Part shown: piece after piece, positions 1 through 7,348 of the stretch
Numbering within the stretch: the first letter of the stretch is position 1
How the letters are laid out: each line of letters opens with the position of its first letter
Source of the DNA: Patescibacteria group bacterium
Lineage (GTDB): Bacteria > Patescibacteriota > Patescibacteriia > Patescibacteriales > GWC2-42-12
Length of the DNA: 30,569 nucleotides
Direction: 5' to 3'
NCBI GenBank assembly: GCA_018827685.1
Contig: JAHJXD010000016.1
Location: 1-30,569, forward strand
Notes under the pieces: generated by a model
Seen by the model: the letters and a program-made list of their open reading frames with translations, nothing else
Databases searched by the model: none
Told to the model about the DNA's origin: nothing
Made by a program: the position numbers and the translations under genes

Positions 1-50
1 ATTTACAATTTTTTTAAAAAGTATTCTAAAATTAGCCAAAGTTTGTAAAC

Positions 51-78
51 TTGACAACACTATATGTAGTGGTATAAT
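51..78 (+). promoter_or_regulatory. Sigma70-type promoter of the nrd operon
   Basis: Perfect TTGACA (51-56), 16-bp spacer, perfect TATAAT (73-78), upstream of nrdR. Confidence 0.85.
57..72. promoter_or_regulatory. NrdR box filling the -35/-10 spacer
   Basis: ACACTATATGTAGTGG fits the NrdR-box consensus acaCwAtATaTwGtg and lies upstream of nrdR-nrdD-nrdG. Confidence 0.85.
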
Positions 79-89
79 TAAACCAACAA

Positions 90-105
90 CTACAAGATAG
101 GGTAT
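90..105. promoter_or_regulatory. Possible second, degenerate NrdR box
   Basis: Core CAAGATAGGG vs CwAtATaTwG, 33 bp after box 1. NrdR boxes normally come in tandem about 31-32 bp apart. Confidence 0.4.
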
Positions 106-124
106 TTTTAGAAAAAAAGGCAAG

Positions 125-170
125 AAAGCACTTTAAATTGGTTTTAAGTAAAATAGAGTGCTTTTTTATT
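125..170 (+). terminator. Terminator/attenuator-like hairpin in the nrdR leader
   Basis: AAAGCACT (125-132) pairs with AGTGCTTT (157-164), followed by a T-rich run. Confidence 0.35.
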
Positions 171-183
171 TGGCCTTGCGAAT

Positions 184-220
184 GAGATTATCACGCTTGT
201 TCCGGTTGCTCGCGATGACA
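184..220. repeat. Degenerate half of a REP-like palindrome (GAGATT...GCTCGCGATGACA)
   Basis: Resembles the GTCATTGCGAG...GCTCGCAATGAC type of extragenic palindrome. A matching CATTGCGAGG fragment lies at 18921-18930. Family recognised from memory only. Confidence 0.4.
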
Positions 221-263
221 GTTTATTGATCATTCGGCCACAGTCCCTATAATTCTCAATTTT

Positions 264-830
264 ATGCGTTGTCCTGTCTGTTATTACGAAGATTCTAAAG
301 TAATTGATTCGCGCGTGGCATCAGATGGGCTGTCTATTAGGCGCCGGCGCGAATGCCTTAAGTGCGGTTTTAGATTTTCAACTTACGAAGAAGTGGAGAT
401 TTTGGATTTAGTGGTGGTAAAACGAGACGGTCGCAAAGAATCGTACGCGCGCGAGAAAATTGTTAAAGGATTAAAGCGGGCTTTAGAAAAACGATCCATC
501 ACTGATGATAGTTTTAAAAAGATGATTAATTCGATTGAGCGCGATTTGCAAATTTTAAGGAAAAATGAAATAACAACCGGCGAAATCGGGCAAATCGTCA
601 TGAAAATTCTAAAGAAGTTTGATCAGGTCGCCTATATCCGCTTTGCCAGCGTTTACGAATCATTTAAAGATGCCAATGAATTTAGACTGGAACTTAATAA
701 GTTGTTAAAAACAAAAAAAACTGGATCCCATGTCCGCGGCGAAATACGCAAAAGCATTTCACGCGGCAAACAAGCTCAGAATGACAAAAAAATAATTTTA
801 TGCAAGAAAATCCCATCATGCAAATTTTAA
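264..830 (+). CDS. nrdR: Transcriptional repressor NrdR, with an extended C-terminal tail
   Basis: MRCPVC Zn ribbon, RRRRECLKC, RFSTYE, ATP cone (VVKRDGRKESY), DQVAYIRFASVY. Confidence 0.97.
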   Translation: MRCPVCYYEDSKVIDSRVASDGLSIRRRRECLKCGFRFSTYEEVEILDLVVVKRDGRKESYAREKIVKGLKRALEKRSITDDSFKKMINSIERDLQILRKNEITTGEIGQIVMKILKKFDQVAYIRFASVYESFKDANEFRLELNKLLKTKKTGSHVRGEIRKSISRGKQAQNDKKIILCKKIPSCKF

Positions 831-2863
831 AACGTTCCGGCGAAATCGCGCCTTTTGATAAGGCTAAATTAGTAAGCGCGATTTTTAAAGCCACTGAAGC
901 CGTGGGCAAACCAGATCAGTTCTTAGCGCAAAAATTCAGTGACCAAGTAGTTGATCAGCTCAATGAAAAATTTCATGCCAGAAGCATCCCTGCGGTTGAG
1001 GAAGTACAGGATATGGTTGAAGAGATTTTAATTAAAAATCGTCAGATTAAAACTGCTAAAGCTTATATTTTATACCGTGACCAGCGAGCGCGCCTCAGAG
1101 AAATGAAATCAATGATTAATTCTGACGAATTGACAAAAGGCTATTTAAAACAAAGTGATTGGCGGGTTAAAGAAAATTCTAACATGAGTTATAGCCTGCA
1201 AGGCTTAAATAACCATTTAGCTTCGGCGATTTCTTCTAATTATTGGTTGAACCAAGTTTATACGCAAAATATCAGGCAAGCTCATAAAAACGGCGATTTG
1301 CATTTGCATGATTTGCAGTTTTTAGCCGCTTATTGCGCTGGTTGGGATTTAAGAGAACTTTTAATCCGAGGTTTTGGCGGTGTGGCTGGTAAGGTTGAAT
1401 CCAAGCCGGCTAAGCATTTAAGAACCGCTTTGGGCCAGATTATTAATTTTTTCTATACTTTACAGGGCGAAGTGGCCGGAGCTGAAGCTTTTTCAAATTT
1501 TGACACTTATTTAGCGCCTTTTATTAAATATGATAATTTAAGCTATAAAGATGTTAAACAAGCGCTTCAGGAATTTTTATTCAATATTAATGTGCCGACT
1601 CGCGTTGGTTTTCAGACGCCCTTTACCAATATCACTATGGATTTAACGGTTGGGTTGACCGCAGGAGAAGAAAATATTATCATCGGCGGTAAAATTATGC
1701 GGGAAAAGTATAAAGAATTTCAGCCGGAAATGGATATGATAAATTTGGCTTTTGCCGAATTAATGATGGAGGGCGATGCCAAGGGGCGCGTGTTTACTTT
1801 CCCGATTCCGACCTATAATATTACCAATGATTTTAAATGGGAATCGCCAGTAGCCACTAAAATTTTTGAAATGACAGCTAAATACGGCATCCCTTATTTT
1901 TCAAATTTTGTTAATAGCGACATGAAACCTGATGACGCGCGCAGTATGTGTTGTCGCTTGCGCCTTGATAATCGAGAATTAAGAAAACGCGGCGGCGGTT
2001 TTTTCGCTGCCAATCCTTTAACCGGTTCGATCGGCGTGGTTACTATTAATATTCCTCGCATCGGCTATTTATCAAAAACTAAACAAGAATTTTTTGAACG
2101 ATTGGATAATTTAATGCAGATTGCTTCTGAAAGCTTAGAGATCAAGCGCGCTATGCTTGAAGATTTAACTGACAAAGGTCTTTATCCATATGCTAAATAT
2201 TATTTAAATAATATTAAAGAACGTTTTAACGGTTACTGGAACAATCACTTTTCCACGATCGGTATTATTGGCATGAATGAAGCTTTATTAAATTACGAGC
2301 CAATCAGAAAAAGCATTGCTACGCCCGAAGGCAAAGAATTTGCTTTGCAAGTTATGGATTATATGAGGAATAAAGTTTTGGATTATCAGGGCAAGACCAA
2401 TCATTTATATAATTTAGAAGCCACGCCGGCCGAAGGTGTAACCAGACGTTTATCCAGGCTTGATAAAAATAAATATAAAGATATTATCGTGGCTAATGAA
2501 CAAGCCTTTCGTGCCGGCAAAGCCTCGCCTTATTATACTAATTCAAGTCAGCTACCTGTAAATTACACGAACGATTTATTTGAAGCTATGGATTTGCAAG
2601 ATGATATTCAAACTAAATATACGGGTGGCACGGTTTTGCATGGTTTTATCGGCGAAGCTTTGCCCAGTGCCGAATCAGTCAAAAATTTGGTTAAAAAAAT
2701 AGTTCATAAATATCACATGCCTTATTTTACCATTACTCCAACTTTTTCGATTTGCCCCAAGCATGGCTATTTAGCAGGCGAACATTTTTTCTGCCCTAAG
2801 TGCGATGAGGAAATAGGCTATTTATCTAAAGAAGAAATAGTAACTCAAGTTGAACAATTTTAA
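800..2863 (+). CDS. nrdD: Anaerobic (class III) ribonucleotide reductase catalytic subunit lacking the glycyl-radical C-terminus
   Basis: N-terminal ATP cone, YCAGW and RSMCCRL cysteine motifs, EATPAEG, YTNSSQLP, and a CPKH...CPKC Zn box. Ends about 20 aa after the Zn box with no RxxGY motif. Confidence 0.95.
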   Translation: MQENPIMQILKRSGEIAPFDKAKLVSAIFKATEAVGKPDQFLAQKFSDQVVDQLNEKFHARSIPAVEEVQDMVEEILIKNRQIKTAKAYILYRDQRARLREMKSMINSDELTKGYLKQSDWRVKENSNMSYSLQGLNNHLASAISSNYWLNQVYTQNIRQAHKNGDLHLHDLQFLAAYCAGWDLRELLIRGFGGVAGKVESKPAKHLRTALGQIINFFYTLQGEVAGAEAFSNFDTYLAPFIKYDNLSYKDVKQALQEFLFNINVPTRVGFQTPFTNITMDLTVGLTAGEENIIIGGKIMREKYKEFQPEMDMINLAFAELMMEGDAKGRVFTFPIPTYNITNDFKWESPVATKIFEMTAKYGIPYFSNFVNSDMKPDDARSMCCRLRLDNRELRKRGGGFFAANPLTGSIGVVTINIPRIGYLSKTKQEFFERLDNLMQIASESLEIKRAMLEDLTDKGLYPYAKYYLNNIKERFNGYWNNHFSTIGIIGMNEALLNYEPIRKSIATPEGKEFALQVMDYMRNKVLDYQGKTNHLYNLEATPAEGVTRRLSRLDKNKYKDIIVANEQAFRAGKASPYYTNSSQLPVNYTNDLFEAMDLQDDIQTKYTGGTVLHGFIGEALPSAESVKNLVKKIVHKYHMPYFTITPTFSICPKHGYLAGEHFFCPKCDEEIGYLSKEEIVTQVEQF

Positions 2864-2864
2864 T

Positions 2865-3010
2865 ATAATTAGTTGCTGTGTAAAAATTATTTGTCCACAA
2901 TTTTGGTGATTTATAAAATTCATACTTTAAGCCAAGTTTCCGCTGATCAAACGCTGATAATTACGCTGATCTACGCTGAAAAATAATATTTTTACACAAT
3001 AACTAATTAT
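2865..3010. mobile_element. 146-bp MITE-like element with 23-bp terminal inverted repeats (family A)
   Basis: ATAATTAGTTGCTGTGTAAAAAT (2865-2887) vs the reverse complement of 2988-3010, ATAATTAGTTATTGTGTAAAAAT: 21/23. Internal CGCTGA x4 (2941-2979). 2866-2944 recurs inverted at 18940-19018. Confidence 0.75.
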
Positions 3011-3027
3011 CATTTTAAATTAACATT

Positions 3028-3168
3028 ATGAGTCCAATCGAAGTTAAGAGAACAGCCTGTGAAGTTTACTCAAGAGTAACCGGATATTTAAGGCCGGTTC
3101 AGCAATGGAATGACGGCAAACAAGCGGAATATTACAACCGCAAAACTTTTAAAGTCAATAAGGAATAA
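3028..3168 (+). CDS. Stand-alone 46-aa NrdD glycyl-radical domain (MSPIEVKRTACEVYSRVTGYLRPVQQWNDGKQAEYYNRKTFKVNKE)
   Basis: Translated by hand; below the ORF-track length cutoff. CEVYSRVTGYLRPVQQWNDGKQAE is the typical NrdD C-terminal radical motif, and the ORF lies between nrdD and nrdG. Confidence 0.93.
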   Translation: MSPIEVKRTACEVYSRVTGYLRPVQQWNDGKQAEYYNRKTFKVNKE

Positions 3169-3192
3169 TGCCATCAAGCGAGTATTATTGGC

Positions 3193-3272
3193 ATTAGACT
3201 TGTTGCGTAATTATTTTATGTGAAAGAGTGTTTGGTCACAGCCCTATGGGACTGTCGCGCAGTAAGTCTATT
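3193..3272. repeat. Family C inverted-repeat pair enclosing family B ends
   Basis: ATTAGACTTGTTGC (3193-3206) vs the reverse complement of 3259-3272, AATAGACTTACTGC. Similar to the ends of 20018-20182. Inside are a B right end (3221-3245) and a GGGACTGTCGC end. Confidence 0.55.
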
Positions 3273-3275
3273 ATT

Positions 3276-4016
3276 ATGATTATCGGTGGATTGCAAAAAT
3301 TTAGTTTATTGGATTACCCCGACCGTGTCAGCGCTATTGTTTTTACTCAAGGCTGTAATTTCCATTGCCAATTCTGCTACAACCCCATGCTTGTCTGGCC
3401 ATTTCAGGTCAGCAAGTCAAAATATGCCCAAGAAGAAATTATAGGGCAACAAAAAGTTCATCCCATGATTAATCAGGATGATCTTTTTGTTTTTTTGCGT
3501 TCGCGAGCAGGCAAGTTAGATGCCGTGGTTATAACCGGTGGCGAACCATGTTTACAAAAAAATTTATTGGAATTTATTGCTAAGATAAAAAAGTTAGGTT
3601 TTTTAGTAAAATTAGACACAAATGGCAGTTATCCAGAAGCGCTGGCTAAGCTAATAAAAGAAAAATTGATTGATTATATTGCCATGGACATTAAAGCGCC
3701 TGAAAAAAAGTATAAAGAAGTAACTGGCGTTGAGGTGGATTTTCAAAAAATAAAGAAAAGTGTTAGGATAATAATGCAGAGCGAATTGGCTTATGAATTT
3801 AGAACCACGATGGTACCCGGGCTTTTAAATAAAGACGATATTGGCGAGATGGGAAAAATAATTAAAGACGCTAATAAGTGGTATTTACAAAATTTTAAAA
3901 GCAATATTGAGCTTGTTGGTCGCGATTTGGAACAGCAAGTACCATATAATGCATGGCAAATGAAGCAGATGGCGCAGATTGGCAGTCAATATGTGAATAA
4001 ATGCGAAGTTAGATAA
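3276..4016 (+). CDS. nrdG: Class III RNR activase (radical SAM)
   Basis: MIIGGLQKFSLLDYP start, CNFHCQFC radical-SAM motif, ITGGEP, KLDTNG. Start moved from 3228 to 3276 because the longer start lies within repeat DNA. Confidence 0.95.
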   Translation: MIIGGLQKFSLLDYPDRVSAIVFTQGCNFHCQFCYNPMLVWPFQVSKSKYAQEEIIGQQKVHPMINQDDLFVFLRSRAGKLDAVVITGGEPCLQKNLLEFIAKIKKLGFLVKLDTNGSYPEALAKLIKEKLIDYIAMDIKAPEKKYKEVTGVEVDFQKIKKSVRIIMQSELAYEFRTTMVPGLLNKDDIGEMGKIIKDANKWYLQNFKSNIELVGRDLEQQVPYNAWQMKQMAQIGSQYVNKCEVR

Positions 4017-4018
4017 TT
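4003..4018 (+). repeat. 16-bp direct repeat, copy 1 (includes the nrdG stop)
   Basis: GCGAAGTTAGATAATT, identical to 5638-5653. Confidence 0.75.
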
Positions 4019-4085
4019 CTGTGGATATTTGATTTATAAATTTAGGCAATGCCTAACCAAATCGGACCAAAATTGGTAGAATAAA

Positions 4086-4340
4086 ATGGCGACAGTCCCA
4101 AAATCAATTATGACTATAGAATCAGAAAAATCTATATTGGGAGACAGCAACAGCGATCCAGAATTAAAAGAGAAAGTTAAAATATTAGGCGGCAGCTTAA
4201 ATCCGGCAGAAACAATATCATCGCCGACAGTTCAAGAATTGGCAAAAAAAGAATCAGAAGAATTCCCAGGACTTTCAGAAGAAATAAGGTGGTCCCGCTT
4301 GTCAAGACAGATTATATTGACAAAAAGATATATCATTTAG
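4086..4340 (+). CDS. Hypothetical 84-aa ORF, possibly a gene remnant
   Basis: No motif recognised. Its start overlaps a family B motif and its 3' end overlaps the promoter of the next gene. Confidence 0.4.
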   Translation: MATVPKSIMTIESEKSILGDSNSDPELKEKVKILGGSLNPAETISSPTVQELAKKESEEFPGLSEEIRWSRLSRQIILTKRYII

Positions 4341-4346
4341 TATACT
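4317..4346 (+). promoter_or_regulatory. Sigma70-type promoter of the AAA ATPase gene
   Basis: TTGACA (4317-4322), 18 bp, TATACT (4341-4346), inside an imperfect inverted repeat ATTTAGTATAC...GTATATCAAAT. Confidence 0.6.
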
Positions 4347-4368
4347 ACAGTATATCAAATGTAATATT

Positions 4369-5526
4369 ATGTACATAAAAAGAATTGCTGAAAAATTTTT
4401 AATACAAGCAACAAAAAACAAAAAAATCTTAATAATTTTAGGGGCGCGACAAGTAGGCAAAACCACATTAATTAAACATTTTTTAACAAATAAAAATGCG
4501 GTGTTTTTAAATTTGGATATTGAAGTGGATAAAAATAAGTTTTTAGCCATATCAATGCTTGAGCCGTCGCAAGCTATAAAAGCATTAGGGCAACCTAGAT
4601 ATTTGATTATTGACGAAGCGCAAAGATTAAAAAATACAGGTCAAATTATTAAAGCATGGTATGATGCTTCTGTTAATTCAAAAATTATTTTGCTTGGCTC
4701 GTCTAGTTTAAATTTAATAAATCAATCAGCAGAAAGTTTAACCGGACGGAATGAAAAATTATTTTTATCACCGCTTTTATTTAAAGAAATAATAACCAAT
4801 CAATCATGGTATTCTACTGTTTATAAAAAAGATATTCTGAATAAAAGTTTTAGAGAACAAATAAATTCATTACTGCTTTATTCTTTGGTTTTTGGTAATT
4901 ATCCGGAAATAATTCATTCTACAGATAAACAGCAATATTTGCTAAATCTGGTGTCAGATTATTTATTAAAAGATATTCTTCAACTTGGCTTAATTAAAAC
5001 TCCTAATTTAATTAAAAAATTATTAATGATGCTCGCGCATCAAATTGGCGCGGAAGTTTCAGTAAATGAATTGGCTAATAATTTAGGAATGAATAAAATC
5101 ACTGTTAATAAATATCTCGATTTATTAGAAGAAACTTTTGTAATTTTTCGTTTACCATCTTATAGCACTAACCCGAGAAAAGAAATTTCTAAAAGCCATA
5201 AAATTTATTTTTATGACACTGGTATTCGCAATGCTATTTTAAATGAATTTTCTTTAAATCCATTGCGAAGCGACATTGGCCAGCTTTGGGAAAATTGGGT
5301 TGTGGCGGAATTTATGAAAAATAATTTACTTTTTGGCCAAAAACAAAATTTATATTTTTGGCGTTCAAGAGCAAAAAGTGAAGTAGATTTAGTTGTAAAA
5401 CAGGGAGAAAAAATTTCCGCTTATGAGATTAAATGGAAAAAGAAAAACATTAATGAAAGAGCGTTTGAAAATCAATATAAAGTAAAAGTTCAAATTATTA
5501 ATAGTGATAATCCTTTGTTTTTATAA
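4369..5526 (+). CDS. AAA_14-type ATPase with DUF4143-like C-terminal domain
   Basis: Walker A GARQVGKTT, Walker B IIDEAQ, LLGSSS, ESLTGR, wHTH-like region, KIYFYDTG, C-terminal EVDLV...EIKW nuclease-like motif. Confidence 0.9.
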   Translation: MYIKRIAEKFLIQATKNKKILIILGARQVGKTTLIKHFLTNKNAVFLNLDIEVDKNKFLAISMLEPSQAIKALGQPRYLIIDEAQRLKNTGQIIKAWYDASVNSKIILLGSSSLNLINQSAESLTGRNEKLFLSPLLFKEIITNQSWYSTVYKKDILNKSFREQINSLLLYSLVFGNYPEIIHSTDKQQYLLNLVSDYLLKDILQLGLIKTPNLIKKLLMMLAHQIGAEVSVNELANNLGMNKITVNKYLDLLEETFVIFRLPSYSTNPRKEISKSHKIYFYDTGIRNAILNEFSLNPLRSDIGQLWENWVVAEFMKNNLLFGQKQNLYFWRSRAKSEVDLVVKQGEKISAYEIKWKKKNINERAFENQYKVKVQIINSDNPLFL

Positions 5527-5637
5527 GCGCTTTTGATGATTAGTTTAGTTAGTTATTGTGTAAAAACATCTCGATTTTTTACCAATATGCTATACCCCAA
5601 AAACTGGACAGTCCCATGTTAAGTGAGAAGAAAAATA

Positions 5638-5653
5638 GCGAAGTTAGATAATT
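5638..5653 (+). repeat. 16-bp direct repeat, copy 2
   Basis: Identical to 4003-4018. Confidence 0.75.
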
Positions 5654-5712
5654 AATTTTGACTCTCTTTTTAAGTTGCTCAACAAAGAAGAGAAAATTTT
5701 GGTGAAAAAACT

Positions 5713-5994
5713 ATGGACGAAGAAATAAAAAGAATATTAGAACAAAATCTTAAATTGACAGAAGAGATTTATGCCATGACTAAAAAAATAAAAAAATATT
5801 TGGCTTTTCAGCGCCTAGTTAGTCTTTTTTATTTATTTTTAATCATAGCGCCGATTATTTTAAGTATAATTTATCTGCCGCCTTTATTAAATAGCTTGTT
5901 TGATCAATACAAGGACGTTTTAGGGCTGCAAGCAGGATCGAGCAGCGCGATTCAGGGGTTATTTAATGGCGGAGTCGGTAATTTTGATAAATAA
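5713..5994 (+). CDS. Small single-pass membrane protein
   Basis: Helical N-terminus followed by the hydrophobic stretch LVSLFYLFLIIAPIILSIIYLPPLL. Confidence 0.8.
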   Translation: MDEEIKRILEQNLKLTEEIYAMTKKIKKYLAFQRLVSLFYLFLIIAPIILSIIYLPPLLNSLFDQYKDVLGLQAGSSSAIQGLFNGGVGNFDK

Positions 5995-6020
5995 ACGTCA
6001 GTGATGAAAATGGCAACCGC

Positions 6021-6057
6021 ATCTGTCCGTGTTCTGTCCGTGTCGCGTCGTGTCGTG
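6021..6057. repeat. Degenerate tandem repeat (TCTGTCCGTG x2, then GTCGTG units)
   Basis: ATCTGTCCGTGTTCTGTCCGTGTCGCGTCGTGTCGTG, GC-rich within AT-rich intergenic DNA. Confidence 0.55.
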
Positions 6058-6058
6058 T

Positions 6059-6087
6059 TTGACTTATAAAAAAGGTTTTGATATTAT
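6059..6087 (+). promoter_or_regulatory. Sigma70-type promoter with extended -10
   Basis: TTGACT, 17 bp, TATTAT, with TG one base upstream of the -10. Confidence 0.6.
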
Positions 6088-6140
6088 TATGTTAATAACA
6101 GGGCTTACGCGCTTAAATAATAATTAATTTAAATTATCTT

Positions 6141-7130
6141 ATGAATTTTAGAAAAATTTTTGCCAAAGGCAAATCCGCTGTTAGCGGAAAACAGTTTATA
6201 ATAATGGGAGTGGTTTTGATTTTGCTTATATTTATATTGATTGGCACCAGTACCATTGTTTTTTTAAACAATGCCAAAAAGATAAAAATTTTAAGACCGG
6301 AGCAGGCTAAGATTATTGCGGAAAAATTTATCAATGAAAATTTATTGTCGACCGGCGCTAAAGCCACAGTTAAAAGCGTTATTGATGAAGGCGATGTTTA
6401 TAATATTAATCTGAACGTAGACGGTCAGGACTATTCTTCTTATATGTCTAAAGATGGATCTAAATTTTTTCAAAGCGGCATAAACATGGCGACTTTTGCG
6501 GCAAAGAAGGCAAGCCAAGCCATTGCGCCGGCAGATAGCGCCAAGGCCGTGGCTCCTGTGGCCAAAATATCGCAAAGCGATAAACCAAAAGTTGAATTAT
6601 TCATTATGGCTTATTGTCCTTATGGATTGCAGGCAGAAAAAGGGTTTTTACCGGTTATGGAAGCTTTAGGCAACAAGGTTGATGCCAGCATAAAATTTGT
6701 CCATTATTTTATGCATGGCGACACGGAAGAACAAGAAACATATAATCAGGTTTGTATCAGAGATGAGCAAGCGGCAAAATATGATAAATATTTAAATTGT
6801 TTTGTTATAGAAAATAACAGCGCTAAATGCGTGGCGCAAGCCGGGGTTGATGAAGCTAAATTAAAAAGTTGTATCGCAACTAAAGCCAAAGATATTTATA
6901 AGGCTGATTCAGCTTTAAGTAATCAATATGGGGTGCAAGGCAGTCCGACTTTAATAATTAACGGAGTGCCATCTAACGCTGGCAGAGACGCGGCTAGCTA
7001 TTTGGCTGGTATTTGCGATGCTTTTAATACAGCGCCGGCCGAATGTTCCAAACAGTTATCAACTGCGGCTCCGACTGCGGGTTTTGGCGCAGGCAGCGCT
7101 TCCGGTGCTTCGGACGCAAGTTGTGAATAG
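6141..7130 (+). CDS. Membrane-anchored DsbA/thioredoxin-fold protein (CPYG active site)
   Basis: N-terminal TM helix, VELFIMAYCPYG, cis-Pro loop YGVQGSPTLIING, several extra Cys. Confidence 0.8.
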   Translation: MNFRKIFAKGKSAVSGKQFIIMGVVLILLIFILIGTSTIVFLNNAKKIKILRPEQAKIIAEKFINENLLSTGAKATVKSVIDEGDVYNINLNVDGQDYSSYMSKDGSKFFQSGINMATFAAKKASQAIAPADSAKAVAPVAKISQSDKPKVELFIMAYCPYGLQAEKGFLPVMEALGNKVDASIKFVHYFMHGDTEEQETYNQVCIRDEQAAKYDKYLNCFVIENNSAKCVAQAGVDEAKLKSCIATKAKDIYKADSALSNQYGVQGSPTLIINGVPSNAGRDAASYLAGICDAFNTAPAECSKQLSTAAPTAGFGAGSASGASDASCE

Positions 7131-7182
7131 TAGAATATTTAACAGAGTAAATGGGACAGTCCCTAAATAATTACCTTTAATT

Positions 7183-7263
7183 AAGCCTTTAGTTTTTAAA
7201 GTTGACCTTCTGCGACATCTGCTCAGTAAGCAGAGGAGGCAACCCAAGGTAGCTAAAGGGCTT
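7183..7263 (+). ncRNA. Candidate structured RNA in the rpsA leader
   Basis: Nested stems: 7183-7192 with 7253-7263, 7201-7211 with 7234-7243, 7219-7223 with 7229-7233. No known family recognised. Confidence 0.4.
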
Positions 7264-7348
7264 TTCTGCAAAGAGAGGTTAAAATAATTTTTTTATTTTA
7301 TTTGCCCTTAGAGGTTTAACAGGGGAATTATAAATAAAAGCGAATAAT

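Noticed and set aside
2858-3030. T4 gene 60-style ribosomal bypass from TTT(2858) to a TTT after the stem
   Set aside because: The in-frame landing TTT (3013-3015) is followed directly by TAA. The other TTT (3014-3016) leads into a frame that stops at TGA 3029-3031.
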